In this document: in pieces, positions 9,101-18,587 of the stretch
Numbering within the stretch: the first letter of the stretch is position 1
Layout of the letters: each line of letters starts with the position of its first letter
Assembly (NCBI GenBank): GCA_965215885.1
Contig: CBDCEW010000076.1
Coordinates: 1 to 25,714 of the forward strand
Direction of reading: 5' to 3'
Source of the DNA: Candidatus Moanibacter sp.
Lineage (GTDB): Bacteria; Verrucomicrobiota; Verrucomicrobiia; Opitutales; UBA2987
Length of the DNA: 25,714 bases
Notes under the pieces: generated by a model
What the model was told of the DNA's origin: nothing
Databases searched by the model: none
Seen by the model: the letters and a program-made list of their open reading frames with translations, nothing else
Translations under genes and position numbers: made by a program

Positions 9101-9212
9101 GAGCGAAGCGAAGACTGACCTGTCACGGCGAAGCGGAAGCGAAGCTGGACCGTTACTTTCAATCCTTGGTTTGCGAGCCATTCATCCTTCATCATTCAGC
9201 TTTCATCCTTCT
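9101..9212. repeat. Intergenic short repeats (GCGAAG array; TTCATCCTTC repeats)
   Basis: GCGAAGCGAAGACTGA...GGCGAAGCGGAAGCGAAGCTGGA at 9103-9149. TTCATCCTTC occurs at 9181 and 9202. Confidence 0.45.
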
Positions 9213-9231
9213 CTTTCCCCCCTCGTCCAGT

Positions 9232-11661
9232 TCAAGCTGCCTTCTCTATCGATTTTGAAAGCGAAAAGCCGGCTGCGAGGTAGATCGGAATGGCGGCCAG
9301 AAAAAGGGCATTGATCCCCCAGGTCAACGAGAAGGCAACGCTCAACAATGGTGCGAGAACCGAAAAGATCCCGTTGATACCCCATGCCCAGGGAGTGAAA
9401 TCGGCCGCGCTGCGTTTGAGCTGATCCAGCCCGGTGGGAAGAAAGACGCCGAGGACGAGCCCAAGTGGAGCAATGAGGAGCGTGACAAGCAGCACCTTGA
9501 GGAGCCAGGACCAGACGATCAGGTCGGAAAGCAGGGGAAAGACGAGGAAGCGTTCGAATGCGATTAGGGCGGCCAGCAAAAGGGCAGCGGAACGCACGCC
9601 GCCGAGGAAAGAGAGTATTGACTGCGAAAACAGCGAGCCGATTCCAGAGGAAAACAAAAGCACGGCGAGAACCACCGAAAGGGAAAAGTTGGGGTGCCCG
9701 AGAAAAAGCCCGAATTTCTGCAGAAGGGCAATTTCAACGGCGAGATATCCGAGCCCCAGACTGGAAAAGTAGTATATGTAGTAACGGTAGCCGGATATCC
9801 GCCTGTCCTTACGGGTAAGGAATCGAAGTGGAAGGAAAATACATAGCAGGACAGCCAGGACGATCGTCAGGAGAAGGATCAGAATGCTGTACTCCATGAA
9901 GGGAGCCGCCACCTTGACAGTGGGCCAGGCGTGCCACCAGTAGGAAAATCGGAAGAAAAAGGGGCGATCATCGCCGACCGGCGCGACATCGTAAGGATAA
10001 CGTTCCAACAGTCCCTCGCGAAACTTCTCATTCGGCATGCTCAAGTAAATCTGATAGAGATTGCTGTAAGCCTTGTTCAGGTCCGGCCCCGCGCTCAGCT
10101 CGAAGAAGGCCGAGCGCTCACACCAGTCGACAGCTTTCCGCATCTCTTCGTCGGTAAAGGGAGTTTACTTCAAAAGGAGTGCACTCAAGCCTCCGTCAAG
10201 CGCTGAAATCATGATAATGTGCCTTGCAGGATCTTCCATCCCCGCATTCTTGAGGGCTCTGAATCCCGTAATCAGCGCGCGAAACATGGGCCGGGGGGGA
10301 TCATGCTCAAGGCGCATCAGATTGAGGATCCCATCATCAGTCAGCCTGGATAAGAAGAGCTCAAAAGCTTCCAGGGTATAGAGATAATTCTCCGAGAAGA
10401 CGTGTGCGGATGCAACCGTCCCGCTGAATGTGTCGACGCCGGAAAGTTGAATAACGTCATAGCGCCGGTCGATTTGGGAGAGGTAATCCCGACCCTCGGA
10501 AAGCACCAGATTTACCCGCGGGTCACTTACCCAGTTCGCAAAATAGTCACCGTAGGTGTCCGTAAGGATTCTGTAGGTAGCTGCATTGATCTCCACCCCG
10601 GTAACTTCGCGGGCTCCATAGGCCAATGCGGTGAGCATATCGAAGCCTCCGCCCACCCCGATTGCTACGGCCCGGAGCTTCTGCACCGAAGAGATCTCGT
10701 AAGCCGCCGCGTAGAGAGTTTCCCCGATCCCTTGCAGGGACTCCGGTTTCCCAGCGTAGTCCAGGGCGTAGGTAAATGCAAAGTTATTCTGCGTCAGCAT
10801 GCGTTCAAACTGCTGCAGGAATTCCCGATCGCTACCGATGAGGGCGGGATAGCGGAAATTCTCCGGATCCGGAACCGGAATGCGCGAGACCTCGATCCTG
10901 GCGACGGGATCCCAGGCCACGTGCTCGACTCCAAACGGTGCATCCAGTTTCTCGATCTGAGCCAACATTGATCCCGAAGCATAACGCATTCGAAAGAGCC
11001 TCTCGGAGTAGAGAAATGCAAAAACGAGGGCCAGTAGAGTGAGCCCGGAGAGGAGGCGCACACTCCATTTTCGCGGCATGAAGAGGACCAGGTTCCCAAC
11101 AAGGAGCAGCGCGCAGGCAAAAAGGCAGCTGTTCTCAACCCCTATCCATGCCAGGCCCGGGATGACCGCAAACGCACCCAGGGCCGAGCCGAGCAAATCG
11201 TAGAAGTAGATTCTGCGGGTGGGAAACTCGGGAGCTGTGAGGAGAATACCGAGGATCAGTCCCGAAAAAGTGAATGGTAGGGCAAAGACAAGGGCAAAGG
11301 GAATGGTTCTCAGGAAGACCAGAAGGTAGCCCGACCTCGAGACATGATAATTCGCTTCGACATCCGCATGATAAAGCAGCGCCGCTCCGCCCAGAAGAGT
11401 GCCCACGAAAAGACCGGAAAAAACAGCTATGGATTCACGTATGTTGCGTATATAGCTCTCCAGGTATCGAGTCAGGATAACCCCGGAAAAAGCAAATCCA
11501 AGCATCGTAAGGGAAATCACCACAAAGGCGTAGTTATTGAGGAACTTCGCCGACACCATGCGGTGCACGAGAATCTGCGCGGTGAGCGTGACGGCGGCCG
11601 TGAGAAAAGCGGATCCCGCCGTTGCTCTTGCGATGCCTTTTTCTTTGCGGGTCAACGTCAC
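9232..11661 (-). pseudogene. Membrane-bound spermidine-synthase-like SAM-dependent transferase, split by one in-frame TAA
   Basis: TM block, then IGVGGG / VEIN / YDVIQLSGVDT class I SAM fold, then DDRPFFF and a second TM block. The two ORFs are in the same frame: TTG AAG TAA ACT CCC TTT ACC GAC GAA GAG ATG, stop at 10165-10167. Confidence 0.88.
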
Positions 11662-11965
11662 TTTATTAACGCCCCGTTCGAATCCGCATTATTGAATGGG
11701 CAACAAGGAGGCCGGGTTCACACCTGATACGAGAACCGTTATGAGTTAGAATGGGACAGGTTGTGCCTTGCGATCTGCATTGATGGAAAATTAGTATTAC
11801 TCTGTCGAATAGGTCTCATAATTTCCTTTAGTAACGGATTTGCATAAGAATACGTTAGGAATGACTCCAAGATAAATTTGGGAATTCGTGGTTTGCAACT
11901 CGACCTTCCTTCCTTGAAACGGCTGAACAGTCTCGAAAGAAAGTCGTTGAACAATTCCCCTACAA

Positions 11966-12129
11966 AAAAGTTATTCAAAAGCAAATACTGTTTCTTCAAA
12001 AATCCGCAAAATCTCACCCCCACCCAACAGATCCGCCTCAAGGAGGTGCTCCAATACGACCCCTACATCTCACCCCCACCCAACAGATCGCGCCTCAAGG
12101 AGGTGCTCCAATACGATCTGAAGAGCGTT
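11966..12129 (+). pseudogene. ISL3-family transposase remnant with an internal tandem duplication
   Basis: KSKYCFFKNPQNLTPTQQIRLKEVLQYDLKSV resembles the ISL3 'LLKxxENLTxxQxxxLxxLL' segment. No start codon or ends seen. Confidence 0.65.
12011..12116 (+). repeat. Tandem duplication of about 49 bp
   Basis: ATCTCACCCCCACCCAACAGATC(G)CGCCTCAAGGAGGTGCTCCAATACGA at 12011-12059 and 12067-12116, separated by CCCCTAC. Confidence 0.95.
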
Positions 12130-12272
12130 TTTAAATGCATTCACCTTTTACCCCATTAAGGGTAGAGAAAGTTCCCATCAGGATTATTATAAAAAAAGTC
12201 CTATTCGCTACAGGTTATATCGCTGGAATTGTGGTCGTGATCAACGATTGAAAGAAATTTGGGGAGATAAGG

Positions 12273-12490
12273 CAACGCATTGAGCCAGCGTTCAAAATAA
12301 CTCGACGAAAGGTAAAACGCCGGGTCGAGACGCTCGATGTAGTCCCGCATACCGCGAGGTATAAGCATAAACGTCGCTCGGCTGATCCCCAATACCCGAC
12401 CCTCCCAGGGTTCGTGGAAAACGGGTTCATCCTTCTCGCGTTCGATCTTCCCGAACCCGTACATTTTCCCATGTCGTGAATACCGTCCAT
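12273..12490 (-). pseudogene. nthB: Nitrile hydratase beta-subunit N-terminal fragment, frameshifted and truncated
   Basis: MDGIHDMG in one frame, then MYGFGKIEREKDEPVFHEPWEGRVLG...IERLDPAFYLSSSYFERWL in another. One base is missing near 12465-12469. Similarity ends near 12273. Confidence 0.85.
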
Positions 12491-12513
12491 AATCTGGTGA
12501 ATTTGTATTTAGC

Positions 12514-14277
12514 TCAAAAATCCATTTCAATACCTATCAGCGGGTCGACAGCCAAATCCTGGATCCGCACCATGCGCGTGTACATGCCGTTGGCCGCAAT
12601 CAATTCGTCGTGGGTTCCGATCTCGGTGATACGGCCCCGATCCAGGACGATGATTCGATCAGCGTTTCGCACGGTGGAGAGGCGGTGCGCGATGACCAGG
12701 GTAGTTCGGTTATGCATCAACCGGGATATGGCCTCCTGGATGAGCAACTCCGTGTGGGTGTCCACTGCCGAGGTGGCCTCATCCAGGATCAGGATGGGGG
12801 CATTCTTGAGCACTGCCCGGGCGATTGACAGGCGCTGTTTCTGACCACCCGAGAGACGCACTCCGCGTTCTCCGATGATGGTATCGTAGCCCTTCGGAAG
12901 CTCCCGTATATATTCCTCGGCATTGGCCGCGCGCGCGGCCTCGAGGACCTCCTCCTCGGTCGCGTCGGGCCGTCCGAAGAGCAGATTCTCTCGTACCGTC
13001 CCGTGGAAGAGAAAGACGTCTTGCGGGACTGAGGAGATGTGGTTCCGCAAGAAGTGCAATGGCAAACAGCGTATGTCGCATCCGCCGATAAGAATCGCGC
13101 CCTTCTGGGGATCATAGTAACGCGGAACCAGGTGGGAGATGGTGGTCTTCCCCGCTCCCGTTGGCCCCACCAGGGCGGCGATCTCACCGACACCCACCTC
13201 GAATTCGACATCATGAAGGACCGGTCCATCGCCGTCATAGGAAAAGCTGAGATTTGATAAACGGAGGTTCCAGTCGATGTGCAAAGGTACTGCCGCATCC
13301 GGTGCATCGACAATATCCGGTTCGATGGCGAGCAGTTCGAAGATGCGTTCCGTGCTGACGGAGGCCTTCTGGAGGACATCATTGATCGTCGCGAGTTGGA
13401 GAAACGGCTGGTAGATATGACCCAGGTAGACGATGAACAGGAACAGATCCGCGACCGAAATCTCCCCATTCAGCGCTCCCGTCCCTCCGCTCCAAATTAC
13501 CAGAATGATTCCCAGACCGCCTGCGCCCTCGATCAATCCCGCGGGAATGAGGGAAATTGCGTTGGCCTCGATCGAACTGTCACGGAAGCGCCGGCTGCGG
13601 GCTTCAATCTGCTCGGCACATTGTGGTTCGCGAACGAAGGATTTGATTACCGAGATACCCGAGAAGTTATCCTGGATCTGGGCTACGACCTCCGCCAGGC
13701 GGTTACGGACGGAACGCCAGATCTTTCGCACCCGGGAGACGTAGCGGAAAACGAGATATGCGGTCAGGGGGATGGGCAGGAGGGTGATCAGGGCCAGTTT
13801 GCTATTGACCGCGAAGAGCACCACCATCATGGCGGCGGGAATGATAAAGGCCAACACGGTCTCCGGGATTCCATGGGCAATGAAGTCCTCCACGGCTTCG
13901 ACGTCATTGACCGAACGCGAGATCAGGTTCCCGGTGCGCTCTCTGTTAAAGAACCGATGCGGCAGGCGCTGGATGTGGCGGTAAACCCGGCCCATCAGGT
14001 CGTGCATCACCTCGTAGGCGGCCACGTGCGAGAAACGGCCGTATCCGTAGCGCGTGATTCCTCTGAAGAAGTATACGCCAATCAGCATCAGGGTGAGACG
14101 GCGGAGGCCCGACGCATCTCCCCCGCCTTCCGTGAGCCACTGGATCAGTTCGCGGATGATTAGGGCCGGCAGCAGGTTGGACGCGGCAAAGAGGAGCCCG
14201 CAGCCAATGGAAAGGAGGATCAGTAGCCGCCGATCGCGGATAATGTCGTAAAACTGTTTTAGACCGAGATTTCCCAT
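12514..14277 (-). CDS. ABC exporter, fused permease and ATP-binding domains (MsbA/MdlAB-like)
   Basis: N-terminal TM domain, Walker A GPTGAGKT, Q-loop VPQD, signature LSGGQKQR, Walker B ILILDEATSAVD, H-loop IAHRLST. Confidence 0.96.
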   Translation of the reverse strand: MGNLGLKQFYDIIRDRRLLILLSIGCGLLFAASNLLPALIIRELIQWLTEGGGDASGLRRLTLMLIGVYFFRGITRYGYGRFSHVAAYEVMHDLMGRVYRHIQRLPHRFFNRERTGNLISRSVNDVEAVEDFIAHGIPETVLAFIIPAAMMVVLFAVNSKLALITLLPIPLTAYLVFRYVSRVRKIWRSVRNRLAEVVAQIQDNFSGISVIKSFVREPQCAEQIEARSRRFRDSSIEANAISLIPAGLIEGAGGLGIILVIWSGGTGALNGEISVADLFLFIVYLGHIYQPFLQLATINDVLQKASVSTERIFELLAIEPDIVDAPDAAVPLHIDWNLRLSNLSFSYDGDGPVLHDVEFEVGVGEIAALVGPTGAGKTTISHLVPRYYDPQKGAILIGGCDIRCLPLHFLRNHISSVPQDVFLFHGTVRENLLFGRPDATEEEVLEAARAANAEEYIRELPKGYDTIIGERGVRLSGGQKQRLSIARAVLKNAPILILDEATSAVDTHTELLIQEAISRLMHNRTTLVIAHRLSTVRNADRIIVLDRGRITEIGTHDELIAANGMYTRMVRIQDLAVDPLIGIEMDF

Positions 14278-14624
14278 ATGATGGGTTTGAATCGTTGAAA
14301 TTATCGAGCTCTGGAGTTTTCGAGCGTATTTTACTCCTTTCGATACGCTTCGGCAATTGTTTTTTCCTGGTATCTGCCAGTTGCATAGGCGGTAATTACT
14401 ATTCGTTGTGGATTTGGCCGTTGTTCGGAGAAAACTGAGGCAGGGGGGAAATGGGGAGCTCGGCTCACTTGAGCTTCGCCGAGCGAATGTAACTTGGTAC
14501 GGTGGCGGGCGGGTCAGAATTAGCCCGAAATTTCAAGAAGGGGGTATCCCTACCTAAGCAATTTTGGTGGCTTTCGATTCTTCAATCATAGTTGGTAGAA
14601 ATGGCGCCGCATAATAAGCACATG

Positions 14625-14636
14625 CAGTCGGACCCC
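14625..14636 (+). repeat. Empty copy of the IS4/MITE target motif, CAGTCGGACCCC
   Basis: First 11 bp are identical to the left flank of the MITE (18438-18448). An inverted partial partner GGGTCAGAAT lies at 14511. Confidence 0.6.
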
Positions 14637-14652
14637 ACCCACCCCGTCTTTT

Positions 14653-15507
14653 TCAGACAGCGCCGGCTTCTGAACCGATGTGCTCTTCGAGCCAGGTCTT
14701 CAGGGGTACATCGGCTGGCGTGGGAGAAGTGAACCCGCGCCCCCCCGAATGCGTAACGCCGAGAAGCTGTCGACGAATCGGCCCGCATCTGTCGAGATAG
14801 TGGTCGATCGTCATGTCGTCCCGCGGACGAAGCCAGCGGTATGAATAACCGTAGAAAAGGACGCGTCGTGGCTGGTTCCAGTAATTTGCACTCGCCGAGT
14901 GCCAGAGACGGCGATCAAAAACCACCGCCGATCCCGCCGGCGCAAGAACCGCTACCGCGCCTTCCACGAGTTTTTTGCGATCGGAGCCGGGAAAATCATA
15001 GTGCTGCTGGCTGCCCGGCAGGACAAAGAAATTACCCCGCCCAGGGATTGATGTATCAGTCAGAAAAAAAGCCACCTTGACCGATATCATCGGGCGCGGT
15101 TCGCTTTCCAGGTCGCGATTCAGCTGCCCGCTATCCTGGTGCCATCCCAGCCCAAGCCCGTCTTTCTCCAGGGATCGCCCCACCGGCTCCGGTGGCGTAC
15201 AGGTCATGTGCGAGTGGTAAAGCTGGATGTGCCAGCCGAGCAGACCCCAGACCTTGGGGAACGTCCTGCAATGATCGAGCAACTCGAGGAAAGCAGCGTC
15301 TTTACCGATGAAGTCGAAATGATTGATTCGATCCCTCGGCCCATGTCCGAGGCGAGCGCGCTCCTCCCCGTCGACGCGGTCGACGATATCGACGAGATCA
15401 GCGACGTGGTCCGGCTCGAGCACATTTTCGAGCATGAGGTAACCGCGGTCACGAAATTGAATTCGTTCCGCTTCCCTCAGCTGATTGTCGAGACACCGTG
15501 GATCCAT
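14653..15507 (-). CDS. Phytanoyl-CoA dioxygenase (PhyH) family Fe(II)/2-oxoglutarate dioxygenase
   Basis: FRDRGYLMLENVL, GWHQD (HxD), VLPGS, AGSAVVFDRRLWHSASAN and the conserved Arg in PRRVL. GAGGA upstream of the start. Confidence 0.92.
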   Translation of the reverse strand: MDPRCLDNQLREAERIQFRDRGYLMLENVLEPDHVADLVDIVDRVDGEERARLGHGPRDRINHFDFIGKDAAFLELLDHCRTFPKVWGLLGWHIQLYHSHMTCTPPEPVGRSLEKDGLGLGWHQDSGQLNRDLESEPRPMISVKVAFFLTDTSIPGRGNFFVLPGSQQHYDFPGSDRKKLVEGAVAVLAPAGSAVVFDRRLWHSASANYWNQPRRVLFYGYSYRWLRPRDDMTIDHYLDRCGPIRRQLLGVTHSGGRGFTSPTPADVPLKTWLEEHIGSEAGAV

Positions 15508-15519
15508 GGAATCATTCCT

Positions 15520-16014
15520 CTACTCTTCGTTCAGCCCGCCAATCCATCCGAGCTCGGCGCTCCAAAGGTAACACAGTGCTAATGTCGCCTTGACGTCATC
15601 GTAAATCTCGGGGTCGTCTGAAGCAGGGGGACCCGCCACATTCAGGATGCTGATCTTGTGTCGCCGGATAAATTTCGCGATATCAGTCGCAGCGGAATAC
15701 TCACCTTTTTCCATATGCAGCACCGGTTTTCCCATTTTTTTCGCCAGCTCCATTGTATATTTGGTTCCATTGGTGAGCGGGCTCTTGGAGAATATCAGAG
15801 TCCCGTCGGAGTCCTGGATGTTGAGGCGGGTTCGCTCCCGGTAGTCGGCGCTCTTAGTCTCTTTCAAGTTGTAGAGCTTGGGAATCCTGCCATCCTCGGC
15901 TTTCCTTCCTTTCGGACACCATCCACCGTGCGCAATTCCATTCTCCATAGCCCAGTCAAGGGCTGCGCGATCGGCGCCAGTCTGGCCACCGGAAATGAAC
16001 GTGATGTCTGACAT
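15520..16014 (-). CDS. Putative molybdenum carrier / YpsA-like SLOG family protein
   Basis: ISGGQTGADRAALD, GGWCPKGRKAEDG, RTRLNIQDSDGTL and LNVAGP motifs. Confidence 0.9.
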   Translation of the reverse strand: MSDITFISGGQTGADRAALDWAMENGIAHGGWCPKGRKAEDGRIPKLYNLKETKSADYRERTRLNIQDSDGTLIFSKSPLTNGTKYTMELAKKMGKPVLHMEKGEYSAATDIAKFIRRHKISILNVAGPPASDDPEIYDDVKATLALCYLWSAELGWIGGLNEE

Positions 16015-16248
16015 ATTTGTTTGTAGTTATTTCTTCCTGTAGTCTCTTGCGAATTTGAAGTCGCTGCGCGATTGGGTAACGATGCTGATAATCGGCGAAG
16101 AAGGCTATAGAACTCCTCCTGAATCTCCCTCACCGTCAAGATTGACAGCTGATTCTAATCCACGCGAGGTCAAAACTCAACCCATGCCACTCTGACCCGA
16201 ATGGCGATAAGATAAGCCAAAAATAATTGTAAAAAATATGTAAAAAGC

Positions 16249-16277
16249 TTGTACTATGACCGTTAGTAGGCTAATCT
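16249..16277 (+). promoter_or_regulatory. Putative sigma70 promoter for the IS4 transposase, probably leaderless
   Basis: TTGTAC-N17-TAATCT ends 6 nt before ATG 16284. No Shine-Dalgarno sequence seen. Confidence 0.5.
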
Positions 16278-16283
16278 TGTTGT

Positions 16284-17747
16284 ATGAAAAATATGACAAG
16301 ATTCCTGCCTGGGTTTAATCACATTCTATGCGGTCGCCCGCCTAAGTCGGCCCTGGCACAATTAAAGCAAAAACTGGCTCATCTAAGAGAGTCAACTCTA
16401 TCGGAGTTGTCGGATCTGTTTGATCGGTGGATTCCTCTGGGAGTTTTGCAACCCAAGAGCGAAAAAGAAAACAGCCGGGAACGAGTCTACTCACTCAGAA
16501 CGACCTTCTGGGGCTTTCTGTTCCAGGTGCTCTCCCCGCAGACAGCCTGCCGGGAGGTCGTCAGAAAGGTGCAGAGCTACTGTAGTGAGCGGGAGTTGAA
16601 CCTGCCCAGTTCCTCCACCTCGGCCTATTGCCAGGCACGTCAGCGCATAGGTATAGAGGACTTACAAAAGATCGGTGAAGAGGTCAGCGAGCAGATACAC
16701 AAGGAGGTAAGGCAAGCGCAGCGGTGGAAGGGGCACGAGGTCAGAGTGATAGACGGTACTGGGATCAGTATGCCCGATACCGAGCAGAACCAGAGGGCCT
16801 TTCCCCAACCCGGGGGGCAGAAAGAGGGGTGCGGATTTCCCGTCATGCTTCTGGTGGGCTGTTTCTGTTTGGCCAGCGGGGCCTTGCTGCACTGTGTCGA
16901 GACCACCTTAAAAAACCATGAAAGCGGCATTTTGCGCAAATTCGTTGGGTATTTGAAAAAAGCAGAGGTGGTTCTGTGCGACCGCGGTTATTGCTCTTAT
17001 GCCAATCTGGGGCTGCTTCTAAACCATCAAATGGACGCGGTCATGCGCCTGCACCAAAGGCGCAAATGCGACTTCCGTAGCGGCCAAACACTGGGCCGAT
17101 ACGATCGGCTGGTGACCTGGAAAAAACCGCAGAGACAGCACGCGTTCAGCCCGGAAGAATGGGCTCAATTACCGGCCGAACTGACTCTGCGAATGGTGCG
17201 TTTCTTCGTTCAGCTCAAAGGCTTCCGTACCCGAAAGATCGATCTTGTGACCACCTTTACCGACCCCCTCCAATACACCGTAGAGGATCTGGCCGATCTC
17301 TACTTCCGCCGCTGGTCAGTGGAACTGTTTTTTCGCGACATTAAAACGACTATGAAGATGGAAACGGTACGCTGCCTTACTCCCGAAATGGTGCGTAAGG
17401 AAATCCAGCTGTTCTTTATCGCCTATAATCTCATCCGCGCCCTCATGCAACACCCCGCCACCCTCTATCAGCGTGACCTGCATCGGCTCAGCTTCAAGAG
17501 CACGGTCGACACCGTTCGGCAGTACTGCACCGCTCTGAACGCCACCCGCAAGCAACCTCGAAAGCAACAACGCATCATTGACGAGATGGTTCTGATTATT
17601 GCCGAGGAGACTGTTCCACTACGAGAACACCGCAGCGAACCACGAGCGGTCAAACGAAGACCGAAACCTTACCAATTACTAACGAAGCCGCGAGGGAAAA
17701 TGAAAGTCTCGCGCTCGCGCAGAAACAAAGGCAAAAATCGTCGTTAA
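16284..17747 (+). CDS. IS4 family transposase
   Basis: SAYCQARQR, VIDGT, LCDRGY and the YREK signature YFRRWSVELFFRDIK, plus C-terminal EPRAVKRRPK. Confidence 0.97.
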   Translation: MKNMTRFLPGFNHILCGRPPKSALAQLKQKLAHLRESTLSELSDLFDRWIPLGVLQPKSEKENSRERVYSLRTTFWGFLFQVLSPQTACREVVRKVQSYCSERELNLPSSSTSAYCQARQRIGIEDLQKIGEEVSEQIHKEVRQAQRWKGHEVRVIDGTGISMPDTEQNQRAFPQPGGQKEGCGFPVMLLVGCFCLASGALLHCVETTLKNHESGILRKFVGYLKKAEVVLCDRGYCSYANLGLLLNHQMDAVMRLHQRRKCDFRSGQTLGRYDRLVTWKKPQRQHAFSPEEWAQLPAELTLRMVRFFVQLKGFRTRKIDLVTTFTDPLQYTVEDLADLYFRRWSVELFFRDIKTTMKMETVRCLTPEMVRKEIQLFFIAYNLIRALMQHPATLYQRDLHRLSFKSTVDTVRQYCTALNATRKQPRKQQRIIDEMVLIIAEETVPLREHRSEPRAVKRRPKPYQLLTKPRGKMKVSRSRRNKGKNRR

Positions 17748-17864
17748 TCGGGCTTATCTTAGCGCCATTCCACTCTGACCCTCTATTCTCTCCGCCCTCC
17801 TCGCTTCGTCTGAAATCGCGAGTCGCCGAACAGGCGAGTTGAGTTTATGCCATTGTCGAGGAAC

Positions 17865-18020
17865 TCACTCATTCCTCCACGGGAAGGACTCGATTCGCCG
17901 GGAGCGGTTTTCCAAGGGAAGCGACACCGCGGCCCCCTCCCTCGCACTGGACTCATGGATGGCGAATCCAATTTCAGTGGTGCGGCGGGCGTGCTCGATG
18001 TCATCAATTCCGTCGCCAAC
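17865..18020 (-). pseudogene. Probable orphan C-terminal fragment of a Gfo/Idh/MocA oxidoreductase
   Basis: DDIEHARRTTEIGFAIHESSAREGAAVSLPLENRSRRIESFPW resembles the family's final 'A..E...AI.ES...G..V.LPL' helix-strand. No N-terminal Rossmann domain upstream. Confidence 0.5.
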
Positions 18021-18448
18021 CCGGCGGAGGGTGTAGGGAGTTTTACTCTTCACGAGGAGTTGGGAATAGGAGATAAAATTGCAGAGGGAGCGATTCCAGT
18101 TGTGCTGCAAGCGTTACTTATTTTAAGCGACCACGAACCGCAGTGTGGGATTAACTGTACGGGGGAACGGTACTGAGCGGCGGTCAGAGGGTGTCAGATT
18201 GGAAATTCTTAGATTTTCCTCAGGGAATTATAGGATTTACTGTTTTATCCTCTGCCCGCGTTGATCTGCACTAATTCAGTGAAAAGGCAATGGTTACTTT
18301 CCATTCCCCTGAATTTCTGTCTCTTTCAATATCCCTCTTGATCTTTTCCCAGGCAAATTCCCGAACAGATCCCCCAATCCAGCTCCTTGAGCTCTCGTGG
18401 TGCTATAGCCTCATTGGATTCTCAATCCCTCATTTCGCAGTCGGACCC

Positions 18449-18587
18449 GAATGGCGCTAAGATAAGGGGCAATAACGGTAAATCCTGCCGCGGTCCGTTT
18501 CGGCCGCAAGCGGCCTTCCTACAGCAATTTGTGCAACTCGTAGGAAGCTCGCTCGCGAGCGATACGCCCCTTATCTTAGCGCCATTC
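18449..18587. mobile_element. 139-bp MITE with IS4-type ends
   Basis: Perfect 22-bp TIR GAATGGCGCTAAGATAAGGGGC, whose first 18 nt match the right end of the neighbouring IS4 element. 11-bp flanks CAGTCGGACCC / CAGTCTGACCC (10/11). Confidence 0.93.
18500..18562. repeat. Divergent pair of GTAG-type REP palindromes inside the MITE
   Basis: Minus strand 18500-18522 GTAGGAAGGCCGCTTGCGGCCGA; plus strand 18540-18562 GTAGGAAGCTCGCTCGCGAGCGA. Confidence 0.8.

Larger units (their letters stand above)
16199..17770 (+). mobile_element. Complete IS4-family insertion sequence, 1572 bp
   Basis: 20-bp TIRs GAATGGCGATAAGATAAGCC / GAATGGCGCTAAGATAAGCC (19/20). Perfect 11-bp TSD CACTCTGACCC at 16188-16198 and 17771-17781. 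Confidence 0.97.

Noticed and set aside
10165..10167. Stop-codon reassignment or Sec/Pyl recoding
   Set aside because: The codon is TAA, which ends several intact genes here (6409, 17747, 21581, 25583). A point mutation or sequencing error is simpler.
12011..12116. Mini CRISPR array
   Set aside because: Only two copies with a 7-bp gap, lying inside transposase-like coding sequence.
13279..14163. 294-aa plus-strand ORF and other ORFs nested in the ABC, IS, lyase and sialidase genes
   Set aside because: Shadow frames of GC-rich coding sequence with no independent evidence.
18240..18440. AT-rich intergenic inverted repeats (AATTCAG...CTGAATT) as a riboswitch or ncRNA
   Set aside because: No recognisable family motif, and the pairing is short and imperfect.
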